Positions 43,073-52,207 of a DNA stretch of 64,000 nucleotides are shown here, piece after piece (positions within the stretch are counted from its first letter, which is position 1; every line of letters begins with the position of its first letter). Origin of the DNA: an uncultured candidate division Zixibacteria bacterium (GTDB taxonomy: Bacteria; Zixibacteria; MSB-5A5; UBA10806); NCBI GenBank assembly GCA_963801605.1, contig CAWDFP010000006.1:1-64000 (forward strand), read 5' to 3'. The position numbers and the translations under genes were made by a program. The notes beneath the pieces were generated by a model. The model made no database searches, was not told the DNA's origin, and was given only the letters and a program-made list of their open reading frames with translations.

Positions 43073-43576
43073 ATGACTAAAAAGCCAAACCCGGAAGCAC
43101 TGCGAGTGATGGTTCAGGCTTTTATCCATCGATTCGGATTGCTTGATCAGACGCGTACTCCCTGCGGTTTGGCAATCAGCGTATCTGACGCCCATGCACT
43201 TATGGAGCTATTGAACAATCCCAATATCGATCAAATGGACCTGTCCCGGCGGCTTGGTCTTTCCAAGAGCGCGACAACAAGATTGGTGCAAAGGCTAAAA
43301 AGACGCGGGCAAATTAATCGAACTCGAAGTCAGGCCGACGGTCGGGCTTACAATCTCCAATTGACGGAAAAAGGCAAGCGTCAGGCTCAAATGATTAACC
43401 GTGAGAGCCTGTCGACTTTCAGTTCAATCATTTCTGAGCTATCAGTAGAAACGGCTGATAAATTATTGGAATGTCTGCCGTATCTAATCGAGGCGCTGCC
43501 TAAAACGCATGGCGATAAAAATTCCCGTGATCTTGAACATAACGATAATGGTATTAAAGGAAAAATAAATGATTAA
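43073..43576 (+). CDS. MarR-family regulator
   Basis: LSKSATTRLVQRL, DGRAYNLQLTEKG. Confidence 0.88.
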   Translation: MTKKPNPEALRVMVQAFIHRFGLLDQTRTPCGLAISVSDAHALMELLNNPNIDQMDLSRRLGLSKSATTRLVQRLKRRGQINRTRSQADGRAYNLQLTEKGKRQAQMINRESLSTFSSIISELSVETADKLLECLPYLIEALPKTHGDKNSRDLEHNDNGIKGKIND

Positions 43577-44741
43577 TTTAGGGATTCCAATCAAATATCG
43601 AAAGCCCTTGATTTGGCTTGCGGCGATAGCGGGATTGATGATAATTCTCAACCTCACCATTATGGCCCCGTTGAGCATCCAATCAACAAATGTTATAAAA
43701 AGGGATTTGGTCGCCCAGGTATACGGCAATGGCACTGTCGAGGCCAAGGTGGTCGTGCCGGTCTCAAGTAAGGTTACCGGCCGAATTGAAATGCTTTTTG
43801 CCGATCAAGGCGATACCGTCAAAAGCGAACAAATCCTGGCACAACTTGAGGCTGAAGATTATCGGCAACAGGTTTTGGAAGCCGACGCCGGTGTTAAGAA
43901 AGCAGAAGCAGTTCTTGTGGTCGGAAATGCTGATAATCAAAAGGCGCAGGCTAATCTGGAATTGGCGGAAAAGAATTATGCTCGGATCAAAGCAATGGGA
44001 GATAAAAACCTTATTTCCCAGCAAGCTGTAGATGAGCAGGCGGCATTATTGGCAGTGGCTCAAAAGGAAGTTGAACGATCCGCTGCCGCTATTGATGTCG
44101 CCGGTAAAGACCAACAGGCATCGTTGGCCAACCTGTCATTTGCCGAAACCCGTAAAAATGACATGATAGTTGCAGCACCTGTTGATGGGATTGTCATCTC
44201 TAGAAACCTGGAAAAAGGTGCTACAGTGGCTCCCGGTCTTCCAATTTTTCGAATCGCCGATCCCTCCTTAGTCTGGGTCACGGCATTTATCGATGAATCT
44301 CAGTGCCGGGACTTGGCGCTAGGACAACCCGCGGCTATATATCTCCGTTCTTCACCGAAAAAGATGTTTAAGGGTCATGTAGCCAGGATTGGACTTGAAA
44401 GCGACAGAGTAACTGAAGAGCTTGAGGTGGATGTTGCCTTTGATCCTCCCTTACCCCCATTTCGAATTGGAGAACAGGCTGAGGCCTATATCACCACGGT
44501 TACGAAAAAAGATGTAACGGCACTGCCTGCGGGGGTGGTGGTATCCAAGGGCAAGCAACGAAATGTTTGGATTATTAAGGACGGTAAACTCAAGACCACA
44601 GACATTGTCGCGGGAATTGAGGATCGGACCGGTTTTGTCGAGGTTGTATCTGGAATAGACGATAAGTCATCTGTTGCTCTCGCTCCTTCCCCGATTATGG
44701 CCACGTTTAAGGATGGCATGCGAGTGAAGGTGAAAAAATGA
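43569..44741 (+). CDS. ABC-associated efflux periplasmic adaptor (HlyD/MacA-like)
   Basis: VSSKVTGRI, coiled-coil hairpin, IVAAPVDG. Confidence 0.88.
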   Translation: MINLGIPIKYRKPLIWLAAIAGLMIILNLTIMAPLSIQSTNVIKRDLVAQVYGNGTVEAKVVVPVSSKVTGRIEMLFADQGDTVKSEQILAQLEAEDYRQQVLEADAGVKKAEAVLVVGNADNQKAQANLELAEKNYARIKAMGDKNLISQQAVDEQAALLAVAQKEVERSAAAIDVAGKDQQASLANLSFAETRKNDMIVAAPVDGIVISRNLEKGATVAPGLPIFRIADPSLVWVTAFIDESQCRDLALGQPAAIYLRSSPKKMFKGHVARIGLESDRVTEELEVDVAFDPPLPPFRIGEQAEAYITTVTKKDVTALPAGVVVSKGKQRNVWIIKDGKLKTTDIVAGIEDRTGFVEVVSGIDDKSSVALAPSPIMATFKDGMRVKVKK

Positions 44742-45940
44742 ATTTGGCCATTCGAGATATACTTTATCATAAAGGGCGCTTTATACAGACCAGTTTCGGC
44801 CTCGGACTTCTCATTGCGGTTGTCATGAGTATGGGAGGGATTTATCGCGGCCTTATAGCCGATGCAACCGTTGCCTTAAAATCCACTGGTGCAGACCTCT
44901 GGGTAGTTCAAGAGAACACCGAAGGCCCGTTTGCGGCGGCATCTCGTCTTCCCGAAGATGCCGAATACCGAATTGCGGCGGTCCCTGGAATCGCCCAAGC
45001 CTCGGGATTGTCATTTCAAAATATGCAGATCACCCGATTTGGAAAGCCATTGCGATTTTTCCTGGTTGGCTACAAGCTGGACGGGCTTGGTGGCCCGCCC
45101 CTGATTATTGCCGGACGCAATATTAATCAGAAGCATTACGAAATGGTTGTTGATAAGAGCATGAAGATGCCCCTTGGCGAAACGATCAGGCTCGGATTAA
45201 ATGACTACACCGTAGTGGGAATCACCAAGGGAATGAATTCTGTTTCCGGGGACCCCTATGCTTATGTAAGCCTGGCTGACGCCCAGGACATCCAGTTCAA
45301 AGACGATAACAATGCCATTCGAAACAATAGAGACAGAATTGCAGATAAAATATCCAAAGTCAGCGTTCTTTCGCCAGCCCAGATAGTCCAATTTGTTCCG
45401 CTTGTGACTGAGATTGCCGGATCGACACATATTGTCAATACGGTGGCAGCCAAATTGGCGCCCGGAGCTGATATAAAACACGTGCAAGAGACCATTCATC
45501 GTTGGAATCATTACCGTGCCATCTCAACCGCTGAGCAGGAAAAGATACTCACCGCTGGCATGATTCAAAAATCCAAAATGCAATTATCACTATTTCGGAG
45601 CATCCTTCTGATTATCTCGGCCGTTATCATTACCTTGATAATTTACACCATGACAATGGAAAAAATACGGGTGATCGCTACACTTAAGTTAATCGGTTCG
45701 CCCAATAGAGTGGTCGCCGGCCTCGTACTTCAGCAATCCTTATTGATCGGGCTGATTGCTTATATTATAGGATACGTAATCATCAGCCTTACATACGATA
45801 AATTCCCTCGGCGAGTGGAATTGGTCACTTTCGATCTGGCCGCTCTTTTTGTCATTATCATGGTTATCTGTGTACTTTCAAGCCTGCTCGGGGTTCGAAA
45901 GGCCATGAAAGTTGATTCATCTCATGCTTTGGGAGGATGA
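44738..45940 (+). CDS. ABC transporter permease (MacB/FtsX-like)
   Basis: GADLWVVQ periplasmic domain, IATLKLIG, three C-terminal TM helices. Confidence 0.88.
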   Translation: MNLAIRDILYHKGRFIQTSFGLGLLIAVVMSMGGIYRGLIADATVALKSTGADLWVVQENTEGPFAAASRLPEDAEYRIAAVPGIAQASGLSFQNMQITRFGKPLRFFLVGYKLDGLGGPPLIIAGRNINQKHYEMVVDKSMKMPLGETIRLGLNDYTVVGITKGMNSVSGDPYAYVSLADAQDIQFKDDNNAIRNNRDRIADKISKVSVLSPAQIVQFVPLVTEIAGSTHIVNTVAAKLAPGADIKHVQETIHRWNHYRAISTAEQEKILTAGMIQKSKMQLSLFRSILLIISAVIITLIIYTMTMEKIRVIATLKLIGSPNRVVAGLVLQQSLLIGLIAYIIGYVIISLTYDKFPRRVELVTFDLAALFVIIMVICVLSSLLGVRKAMKVDSSHALGG

Positions 45941-45945
45941 GGTCA

Positions 45946-46641
45946 ATGTATGCTATCCAGGTAGAAAACCTTACAAAGAAATACGGTAAAGGGCATACGG
46001 AAGTGACAGCACTCTCGGATGCGACTTTGAGCGTGTCGCCGGGTGAGTTGGCGGCGGTAATCGGCCCATCGGGATCAGGAAAGACGACCATGCTCACAAC
46101 GATAGGATTGATCAATGAACCTTCAAAAGGAAAGGTGATCATCGACGGTATGACGGTGGCTAGCGATGGCTGGATTCCGGGCATTGACATGAAACGAATA
46201 CGCCGGGAAAAACTGGGATTTATTTTCCAAGCCTACAATCTAATACCATTTCTGACTGCTATGGAAAATGTGATGATTTCACTTAGCTTAAACGGCGTTA
46301 AGGGTAAAGAAGCGCGCAATAGAGCGGCTGAGTTGCTTGAAAAACTCTTGCTGGGGCGTGTCAAGAACAGCTACCCATCCGAACTTTCAGGTGGCGAGGC
46401 TCAGCGAGTAGCCATAGCAAGGGCTCTGGCAAACCGGCCAAAGGTAATACTCGCTGACGAACCCACCGCAGCTCTTGATACCGCCAATGGGAAAAACGTA
46501 ATGGATTTGCTAAAGAAGCTGGCTCAGGAAAATAATTCCGCCATTATGGTTGTCACGCACGATTCCAGAATGATCGAGGGGTTTGATAGAATTTATGAGA
46601 TCCACGACGGGCAATTAGTGCAAGAAGGAAATCATTCTTAG
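45946..46641 (+). CDS. ABC transporter ATP-binding protein
   Basis: GPSGSGKTT, LSGGEAQRVAIARAL, LADEPT, VTHD. Confidence 0.93.
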   Translation: MYAIQVENLTKKYGKGHTEVTALSDATLSVSPGELAAVIGPSGSGKTTMLTTIGLINEPSKGKVIIDGMTVASDGWIPGIDMKRIRREKLGFIFQAYNLIPFLTAMENVMISLSLNGVKGKEARNRAAELLEKLLLGRVKNSYPSELSGGEAQRVAIARALANRPKVILADEPTAALDTANGKNVMDLLKKLAQENNSAIMVVTHDSRMIEGFDRIYEIHDGQLVQEGNHS

Positions 46642-46712
46642 AATTATTTCTTTGATCAAGTTTTTTTGAATCGCCAATGGATTTATCACATAACAATGCG
46701 ATGGGAGAAGTG

Positions 46713-46898
46713 ATGAAGATACTGGTAATAATGAACGATCCACCATACGGGACTAAACGATCATATAATGGTCTTAGGCTGACAATATCGATGTCAAAGC
46801 AGGCGGAGTGCGAAGTGAAAGTATTCCTAATGGCCGACGCAGCATCGTGCGGAAAATCATGGCAGAACGCTTGGATGCTACCAGGTTTCAACTTTTGA
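46713..46898 (+). pseudogene. Truncated DsrE/YchN-family gene
   Basis: NDPPYG..RSYNGLRL...VFLMADAASC parallels the intact 47364-47714 protein, then stops at about half length. Confidence 0.75.
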
Positions 46899-46933
46899 AT
46901 ATTTACGGTAAATAAAGCTCTTTCATTTCAAGG

Positions 46934-47287
46934 TTAGTAGGAATGAGTACCTAAAACTATCTGGATATTAAATTTCTTCTCTATAGTAATTTTTAAATCC
47001 TCATACTCAATGGGACATTGAGCCGAATCCATAGCAAGTTTGATGCATGTCCCCAAATAAAGAACCTCCAATGGTCTATTCAAGCCGCCAGTTATTTCTG
47101 TTAAAAGTTTAACTCTGGGGACTACCAGGCCAGGGCAATCGCCGCAGTCCGTCATGGCCACCAGTTCAATCGTTTCATAGCGGGAGAATTCGCCGTTTTT
47201 CTCCTGGATACCCTTGAAGCATTTCGCGCAGGCGATGCACTATTGATCCTTTATTTTCTTGCAGTAAAGAATTGCTGCTTTAGCCAT
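46934..47287 (-). CDS. CGGC-domain protein interrupted by an in-frame TAG at codon 16
   Basis: MAKAAILYCKKIKDQ*CIACAKCFKG...TDCGDCPG...GTH; aaggag RBS before the ATG at 47287. Confidence 0.75.
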
Positions 47288-47363
47288 TAATGCTCCTTAG
47301 TTCTGTAGATCGTGCAGTATGCGCTATCTTTTGCGTATTTAGCTTTCATCTATGCCTCGCAGT

Positions 47364-47714
47364 CTAAAATGTAATAACCTTATCTGCCCATATTGTCCAA
47401 TCGGTCAATTCGTCCATATTACTTTTATGTACGCCTTCAAAAAGGTCCTCGGGCTTTAAGCCCCTGGCATCCATACATGAGCCGCAAGCGCTGATGGAGA
47501 TATTTTTAGAGGTTAGCGATTTTAACATTCTTGCAAGATTATAATAGCCAGACGGGGTCTCTTGCCCCGACTTGGCGCAAGAGACAGCGTCGGCCATAAG
47601 GAAGACACGAAGCTCAGTATTGGGCCTATTTGAAAAGGAAATCGCAAGCCTTAGCGCATTGTATGGTTTCTCGCTGCCATATGGCTGGTCGTTGATAATG
47701 ATAGTATACTTCAC
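47364..47714 (-). CDS. DsrE/YchN-family protein
   Basis: PYGSEKPYNALRLA, FLMADAVSCA, CGSCMDARG, WADKVITF; GTG start. Confidence 0.88.
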   Translation of the reverse strand: MKYTIIINDQPYGSEKPYNALRLAISFSNRPNTELRVFLMADAVSCAKSGQETPSGYYNLARMLKSLTSKNISISACGSCMDARGLKPEDLFEGVHKSNMDELTDWTIWADKVITF

Positions 47715-47745
47715 TCTCCTCCGAAAAATTACCTAAAATTCTATG

Positions 47746-48150
47746 CTAATGGGAACAGCACGACGACTCGCCGGATGAATCCAATTGGCCACGAGCATAC
47801 ATGGCGGCGGCTTCCTGTGCAGAAATGTCAGCGCTTATGATTGCTGGTTTGATTCCATTTGCCGCCAAATCAATCACTGCCCTTCTTCCCATACCGCGGC
47901 AAATGATAACCTGGCAGTCACTCAGAGCCCCGATAAACCCATCGTGGCTATGGTGACCCTCTCCATGCTGATGTTGACCTTCTTCATGCTCATGATTATG
48001 TTGACCATGTTGATGATGCCCAAAACTATTGGTTCGGTATTCAAGTTTTCTCACGCCATCGTTTTCTTTTTCAAAAATAATAAACCCCCCGCATCTTCCG
48101 AAATGCGAAGCTATGGAAATTTCATCATCTGAAGCTACTGCTATTTTCAT
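47746..48150 (-). CDS. NifB/NifX-family (FeMo-cofactor-binding-like) protein with a His-rich insert
   Basis: MKIAVAS, HFGRC, ICRGMGRRA; HHQHGQHNHEHEEGQHQHGEGHHSH. Confidence 0.85.
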   Translation of the reverse strand: MKIAVASDDEISIASHFGRCGGFIIFEKENDGVRKLEYRTNSFGHHQHGQHNHEHEEGQHQHGEGHHSHDGFIGALSDCQVIICRGMGRRAVIDLAANGIKPAIISADISAQEAAAMYARGQLDSSGESSCCSH

Positions 48151-48650
48151 GTTGTCTCCTTTTTTGATATTGCAGATCTACCCTGACGCCTTCGGCAACC
48201 CATACCACGACTACCGCCGCCAGCATCCTGACATCCTCGATCAGCATCGGATCGGTGCAGATTGGCGCTTCCACATTTCGGACAAGCCTCAGGTCTGCCA
48301 GTTCCAAAAGGCTCTTCCCAATTATGCTCGCAATCGGAACAGACAAAAACCCTCTTGTTTGGCATTTTAAATACACCTCCTTCTATTTTAATCGCCTTGC
48401 CATTTATGAGCGCGTCAGCGACTTTCTTGTGAGCCGATTCGATTATCCGTCCAAATGTTGGACGAGAAATTTTCATTTTGGAGGCAGCCTCCTCCTGATA
48501 TAAACCTTCAAGGTCAGCCAACCGGATGGACTCGAATTCATCAAAAGTCAGGGCCACTTCCTCCAACTCTGATAGAGGAATTGCGCGCGGTTTGAAGTAT
48601 TTAGTGCTGGGAAAACCCTGTATCAATCTGGGGCATTTTGGTCTTGTCAT
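48147..48650 (-). CDS. DUF134 predicted DNA-binding protein with C-terminal zinc ribbon
   Basis: RPKCPR, EFESIRLADLEGLYQEEAA, ISRPTFGRI, CSDC...CPKCGS. Confidence 0.88.
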   Translation of the reverse strand: MTRPKCPRLIQGFPSTKYFKPRAIPLSELEEVALTFDEFESIRLADLEGLYQEEAASKMKISRPTFGRIIESAHKKVADALINGKAIKIEGGVFKMPNKRVFVCSDCEHNWEEPFGTGRPEACPKCGSANLHRSDADRGCQDAGGGSRGMGCRRRQGRSAISKKETT

Positions 48651-48668
48651 GTATTACCTCTGCAATTA

Positions 48669-48688
48669 TTATAAGCATATGCTCATAA
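48669..48688. promoter_or_regulatory. 20-bp palindrome, candidate DUF134 operator
   Basis: ttataagcatatgctcataa (one mismatched pair) about 19 bp upstream of the DUF134 start. Confidence 0.65.
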
Positions 48689-48976
48689 CTTATCAAGCGA
48701 AAATTCATTTTAACCTCAATATTTGTCATTTTTAAACAAAGGATTTTACTATTTGCTATTAATTTTCTAACATAAAACGCGTAATACGGGACAATACCGG
48801 AAAAAACGACAAGGCGTAAGTGTTTGCCCTTGTTGTACTATATTGTTTGGTATTGTCCCGGGTTAGGGGGTTACATCCGGCTCATAACCCGAAGCACACC
48901 TCTTGAGAAAAAAAAGAGTATAGCACTGCGGGGGAAATTTATAAGCTGTGACCAAACGCCACCTAAGTATTTTGAC

Positions 48977-49480
48977 TTAATTTTCTGTAGCAAATATGTG
49001 GCACGTCCTGTAAAGGCTTGATACATAAGGGGCATTACAGGGTTCAAATCCCGGTCTCTTCGCCTGAGTCAATACCCTACAAATAGTTACATAATTTTTA
49101 ATCGGCTTGAAACCATAAACATTCGGATGCCTGGAGCTGAAGAATCTATAATGAACTGAACTTGTGACATTGGCCACAAGACCGATTTGTTTTTCGGTTC
49201 CTGTTGCAGCATCCTTGATCTTAATCTTCTCATGGCATATCAAGCATGTAGATTGATCTTCATAGGCCATGATACCGGCTATCCGGAAACGTTCGATTTG
49301 ATCGAATTGAGCGTTATAGGATTTGTTAAGATCATCAGCTATTAAAGAAAACACTTCCTGGCTTACTAGCTCGACGGGAAAAGAGATATTGCCAGGCCTG
49401 CTGTCCGGCGGCAGAATGAGGTTTATCATCCGAGGCTAAAAGGCGATTGCAGCCAAAGCCAATATTCTTCGCATCTTCAT
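48977..49480 (-). pseudogene. Remnant of an exported c-type cytochrome
   Basis: ggag RBS, MKMRRILALAAIAF followed by an in-frame TAG, one CLICH heme motif, SSVHY, then degenerate sequence. Confidence 0.55.
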
Positions 49481-49524
49481 AAAATTCTCCGCTTTTTTAT
49501 AATTAGTATTGATTTAGATAATTA

Positions 49525-49562
49525 TTGACATCAATTAGCTATGTGGCTATATTGCCACATAG
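49525..49562 (+). promoter_or_regulatory. Sigma-70 promoter with ArsR-type operator
   Basis: TTGACA-17 bp-TATATT; the -10 box is the spacer of a perfect inverted repeat ctatgtggc/gccacatag. Confidence 0.8.
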
Positions 49563-49574
49563 GAAGGTGATATT

Positions 49575-49898
49575 ATGACCAAAGATTACGAATTAGCTGA
49601 ACTCAAAGCCGATGTTTTAAAAGCCATGGCCCATCCTACCAGGCTCTATATGCTGGAGATGCTTGCAGGGGGCGAGCGCTGCGTGTGCGAGCTAAATGAA
49701 ATGGTCGATGCCGATCATTCGACTATCTCCAAGCATTTGTCTATTTTAAAGCAATCGGGACTGGTTTCCGATCGCAAGGATGGCCTCAAGGTCTATTACA
49801 AGCTTGAGGTGCCCTGTGTACTCGATTTCGTGAAATGTGTTACCAAAGTTATCGCCAAGAGGACTCAAAAACAGCTGACGGCATTAAGGGAAAGCTAA
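49575..49898 (+). CDS. arsR: ArsR/SmtB-family regulator
   Basis: KAMAHPTRL, GERCVCEL, STISKHLSILK. Confidence 0.9.
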   Translation: MTKDYELAELKADVLKAMAHPTRLYMLEMLAGGERCVCELNEMVDADHSTISKHLSILKQSGLVSDRKDGLKVYYKLEVPCVLDFVKCVTKVIAKRTQKQLTALRES

Positions 49899-49902
49899 TC
49901 CT

Positions 49903-50988
49903 ATGGCACAGGAATCGCTTATCGAATCTGAACCTAAAATTAAAAAGGAAAGCGCAGACGAAAGAAAGCCGCAAACACTGGGGCTTATTTCCAAACTCGC
50001 TTTAGGGGCAGTTGTTTGGGTCATCCTGTATTATTATCTGCAGCCTCTGACCGCTTGGCTATCAGTTTCCGTTCTGGGCCTATCACCCGAAAATCGACTG
50101 GGAAGCGCCTTCATTTTCTTTGTCTACGAAGCTCCGAAAGTGTTAATGCTTTTGGCTGGTGTGGTATTTATAGTTGGCGTCGTCCGTTCATTTTTTACCC
50201 CTGAGCGTACCCGCCAGATGCTCGTCGGACGGCGGGAGCTGGCAGGCAATTTCATGGCCTCTGCTTTGGGTATAGTCACCCCCTTTTGCTCCTGCTCGGC
50301 TGTTCCGCTCTTTATCGGCTTTGTAGAAACAGGCGTTCCTCTTGGAGTCACCTTATCGTTTTTGATTGCCGCTCCCATGATAAATGAAGTTGCTTTGGTG
50401 ATGCTACTGGGTATGTTCGGCCTAAAGGTTGCGGCCATTTATGTATCCACCGGCCTGGTTATTGCCATCATATCCGGGTTTGTCATTGGACGGCTACGCC
50501 TTGAACGCTATGTTGAGGAATGGGTGCATACGGTAAAGCTGGGGGATAGCCATTCGGACGAAATCAAATACACATGGCGGGACCGAATTGAAATCGGCAC
50601 TATCGCCACCAAGGAAATCGTCGGCAAGGTCTGGCCTTATGTATTGGGCGGTATAGCCGTTGGCGCTTTCATTCACGGCTACGTACCTGAAAACCTGATG
50701 GCATCATTTATGACTAAAGGCTCCTGGTGGACCGTACCCCTGGCAGTCTTATTGGGCGTTCCAATGTATTCTAATGCCGCCGGAATTATCCCCATCATGC
50801 AGGCATTGTTAGAAAAAGGGGTACCGCTTGGCACCACGCTTGCTTTTATGATGGCGGTCATCGGACTCTCATTGCCCGAGACGATTATTCTTCGGAAAGT
50901 GCTTAAGATTCAGCTTATCCTGATATTTGTTGGAATTGTGGCAGTAGGAATAACAATAGTAGGCTATCTTTTTAATTTAATATTGTAA
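49903..50988 (+). CDS. ArsP/DUF318-family permease
   Basis: TPFCSCSAVP, FLIAAPMINE, GVPMYSNAAG, GLSLPE. Confidence 0.88.
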   Translation: MAQESLIESEPKIKKESADERKPQTLGLISKLALGAVVWVILYYYLQPLTAWLSVSVLGLSPENRLGSAFIFFVYEAPKVLMLLAGVVFIVGVVRSFFTPERTRQMLVGRRELAGNFMASALGIVTPFCSCSAVPLFIGFVETGVPLGVTLSFLIAAPMINEVALVMLLGMFGLKVAAIYVSTGLVIAIISGFVIGRLRLERYVEEWVHTVKLGDSHSDEIKYTWRDRIEIGTIATKEIVGKVWPYVLGGIAVGAFIHGYVPENLMASFMTKGSWWTVPLAVLLGVPMYSNAAGIIPIMQALLEKGVPLGTTLAFMMAVIGLSLPETIILRKVLKIQLILIFVGIVAVGITIVGYLFNLIL

Positions 50989-51010
50989 GATACGTGAAAT
51001 AGGAAGATGT

Positions 51011-51505
51011 ATGAAAAATGCGTTTGGCAGTATCTGGTTAATAATTTTATCCTCGTTGTTTATAAACAGTGGATTAGGGCATAGCGCTTTGGCAGGTGGG
51101 GCTGATAACCCTGATAGCACGGCTGCTTTAGATTCAATGAAAATACATTTACAAACTGAGAACCTTCATCGCCTGCAGGCAGATCTGAAATCGGGCAAGC
51201 CGACTCTGGCCTTCTTTTACTACTCTGTAGCCTGCTCCTGCACGGCAGCCAGATGCCAGATTGCGGCAGCGGTCATTGACAGCATCCCAGAGCTTCATGG
51301 TAAAAATGATTCTTTAAATTATGGAGCGCTTGACGCCTACCTGGTGCCCGAAGCGGAAAGCCTTTATAATCTCATGATTATGCCGGCTGTAGTGTATTTC
51401 GATAAAAATGGTAAAGAGGTAAACCGCCTGGAGTGGGGCACCAGCCGAGATGCCATTAAAATGCTCATCGTGCATCCTGATATAAAACAAGTTCCCGTAG
51501 ATTAA
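51011..51505 (+). CDS. Exported thioredoxin-fold protein
   Basis: Signal peptide; CSCTAARC; MPAVVYFDKNGKEVNRL thioredoxin-like C terminus. Confidence 0.65.
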   Translation: MKNAFGSIWLIILSSLFINSGLGHSALAGGADNPDSTAALDSMKIHLQTENLHRLQADLKSGKPTLAFFYYSVACSCTAARCQIAAAVIDSIPELHGKNDSLNYGALDAYLVPEAESLYNLMIMPAVVYFDKNGKEVNRLEWGTSRDAIKMLIVHPDIKQVPVD

Positions 51506-51524
51506 ATTAGAAGGAGATAAAGAT

Positions 51525-51788
51525 ATGAAAATCCAGGTCCTTGGCACGGGCTGTCCAAACTGCAAAAAAACGGCCCAGATTATTAAAGATGCCGCGAAAA
51601 ATCTCGGTCTGACTGAGGGGTCAGACTATTCGTTCGAGAAGGTTGAAACCATGGCCGAAATCATGAAATTCGGGATACTCATGATGCCGGGTATTGTTAT
51701 CGACGGCAAAGTCATTTCATCCGGCAAGGTGCCGTCATTGGCAGAGGCTACAACCATAATCACCAACCGACTGGCGCAGGAGGGATGA
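51525..51788 (+). CDS. Small thioredoxin-family protein (MTH895-like)
   Basis: MKIQVLGTGCPNC, MPGIVIDG, GKVPS. Confidence 0.88.
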   Translation: MKIQVLGTGCPNCKKTAQIIKDAAKNLGLTEGSDYSFEKVETMAEIMKFGILMMPGIVIDGKVISSGKVPSLAEATTIITNRLAQEG

Positions 51789-52207
51789 TGAAAAGGAGTA
51801 TTCTCATTTCTCTAACAACAACTGCAGTCGTAGTATGCTTGGCATCTTTCGGTTATTCGGAGAAAACCGACAAGGCATCAAAAAAATCTTCGCCGGTCGC
51901 TATCAAGGCCCAAAGCGTATCCACAGCCAAACTTCCTCAGATCCTCGATCTCGGCAGCAAAAGCTGCATTCCCTGTAAGGCGATGGCTCCAATACTCGAC
52001 AGCCTGCGTCAGGAATTTAAGGGCAAGGCTGAAGTTTCTTTTATTGATATCAAAGAAGACCGGGCCGCTGCGACCAAGCATAAAATTACCCTGATACCGA
52101 CTCAAATATTCTTTGACTCATCGGGGACCGAAGTGTTTCGTCATATCGGCTTTTTCCCGGCTGACTCTATTACCATCCATTTGAAACAAGCGGGGGCAAA
52201 GCTTTAG
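51785..52207 (+). CDS. Exported thioredoxin-family protein
   Basis: Signal peptide; DLGSKSCIPCKAM; IPTQIFFD. Confidence 0.88.
   Translation: MMKRSILISLTTTAVVVCLASFGYSEKTDKASKKSSPVAIKAQSVSTAKLPQILDLGSKSCIPCKAMAPILDSLRQEFKGKAEVSFIDIKEDRAAATKHKITLIPTQIFFDSSGTEVFRHIGFFPADSITIHLKQAGAKL

Noticed and set aside
48876..48894. ccggctcataacccgaag resembling the tRNA-fMet anticodon arm
   Set aside because: The flanks do not form D, T or acceptor arms; too short to distinguish from chance
46934..49480. Genome-wide TAG reassignment or pyrrolysine, suggested by two in-frame TAGs
   Set aside because: TAG is the normal stop of intact genes (e.g. ending at 9203, 16059, 19316); no pyl genes in the window; one of the two genes is also truncated
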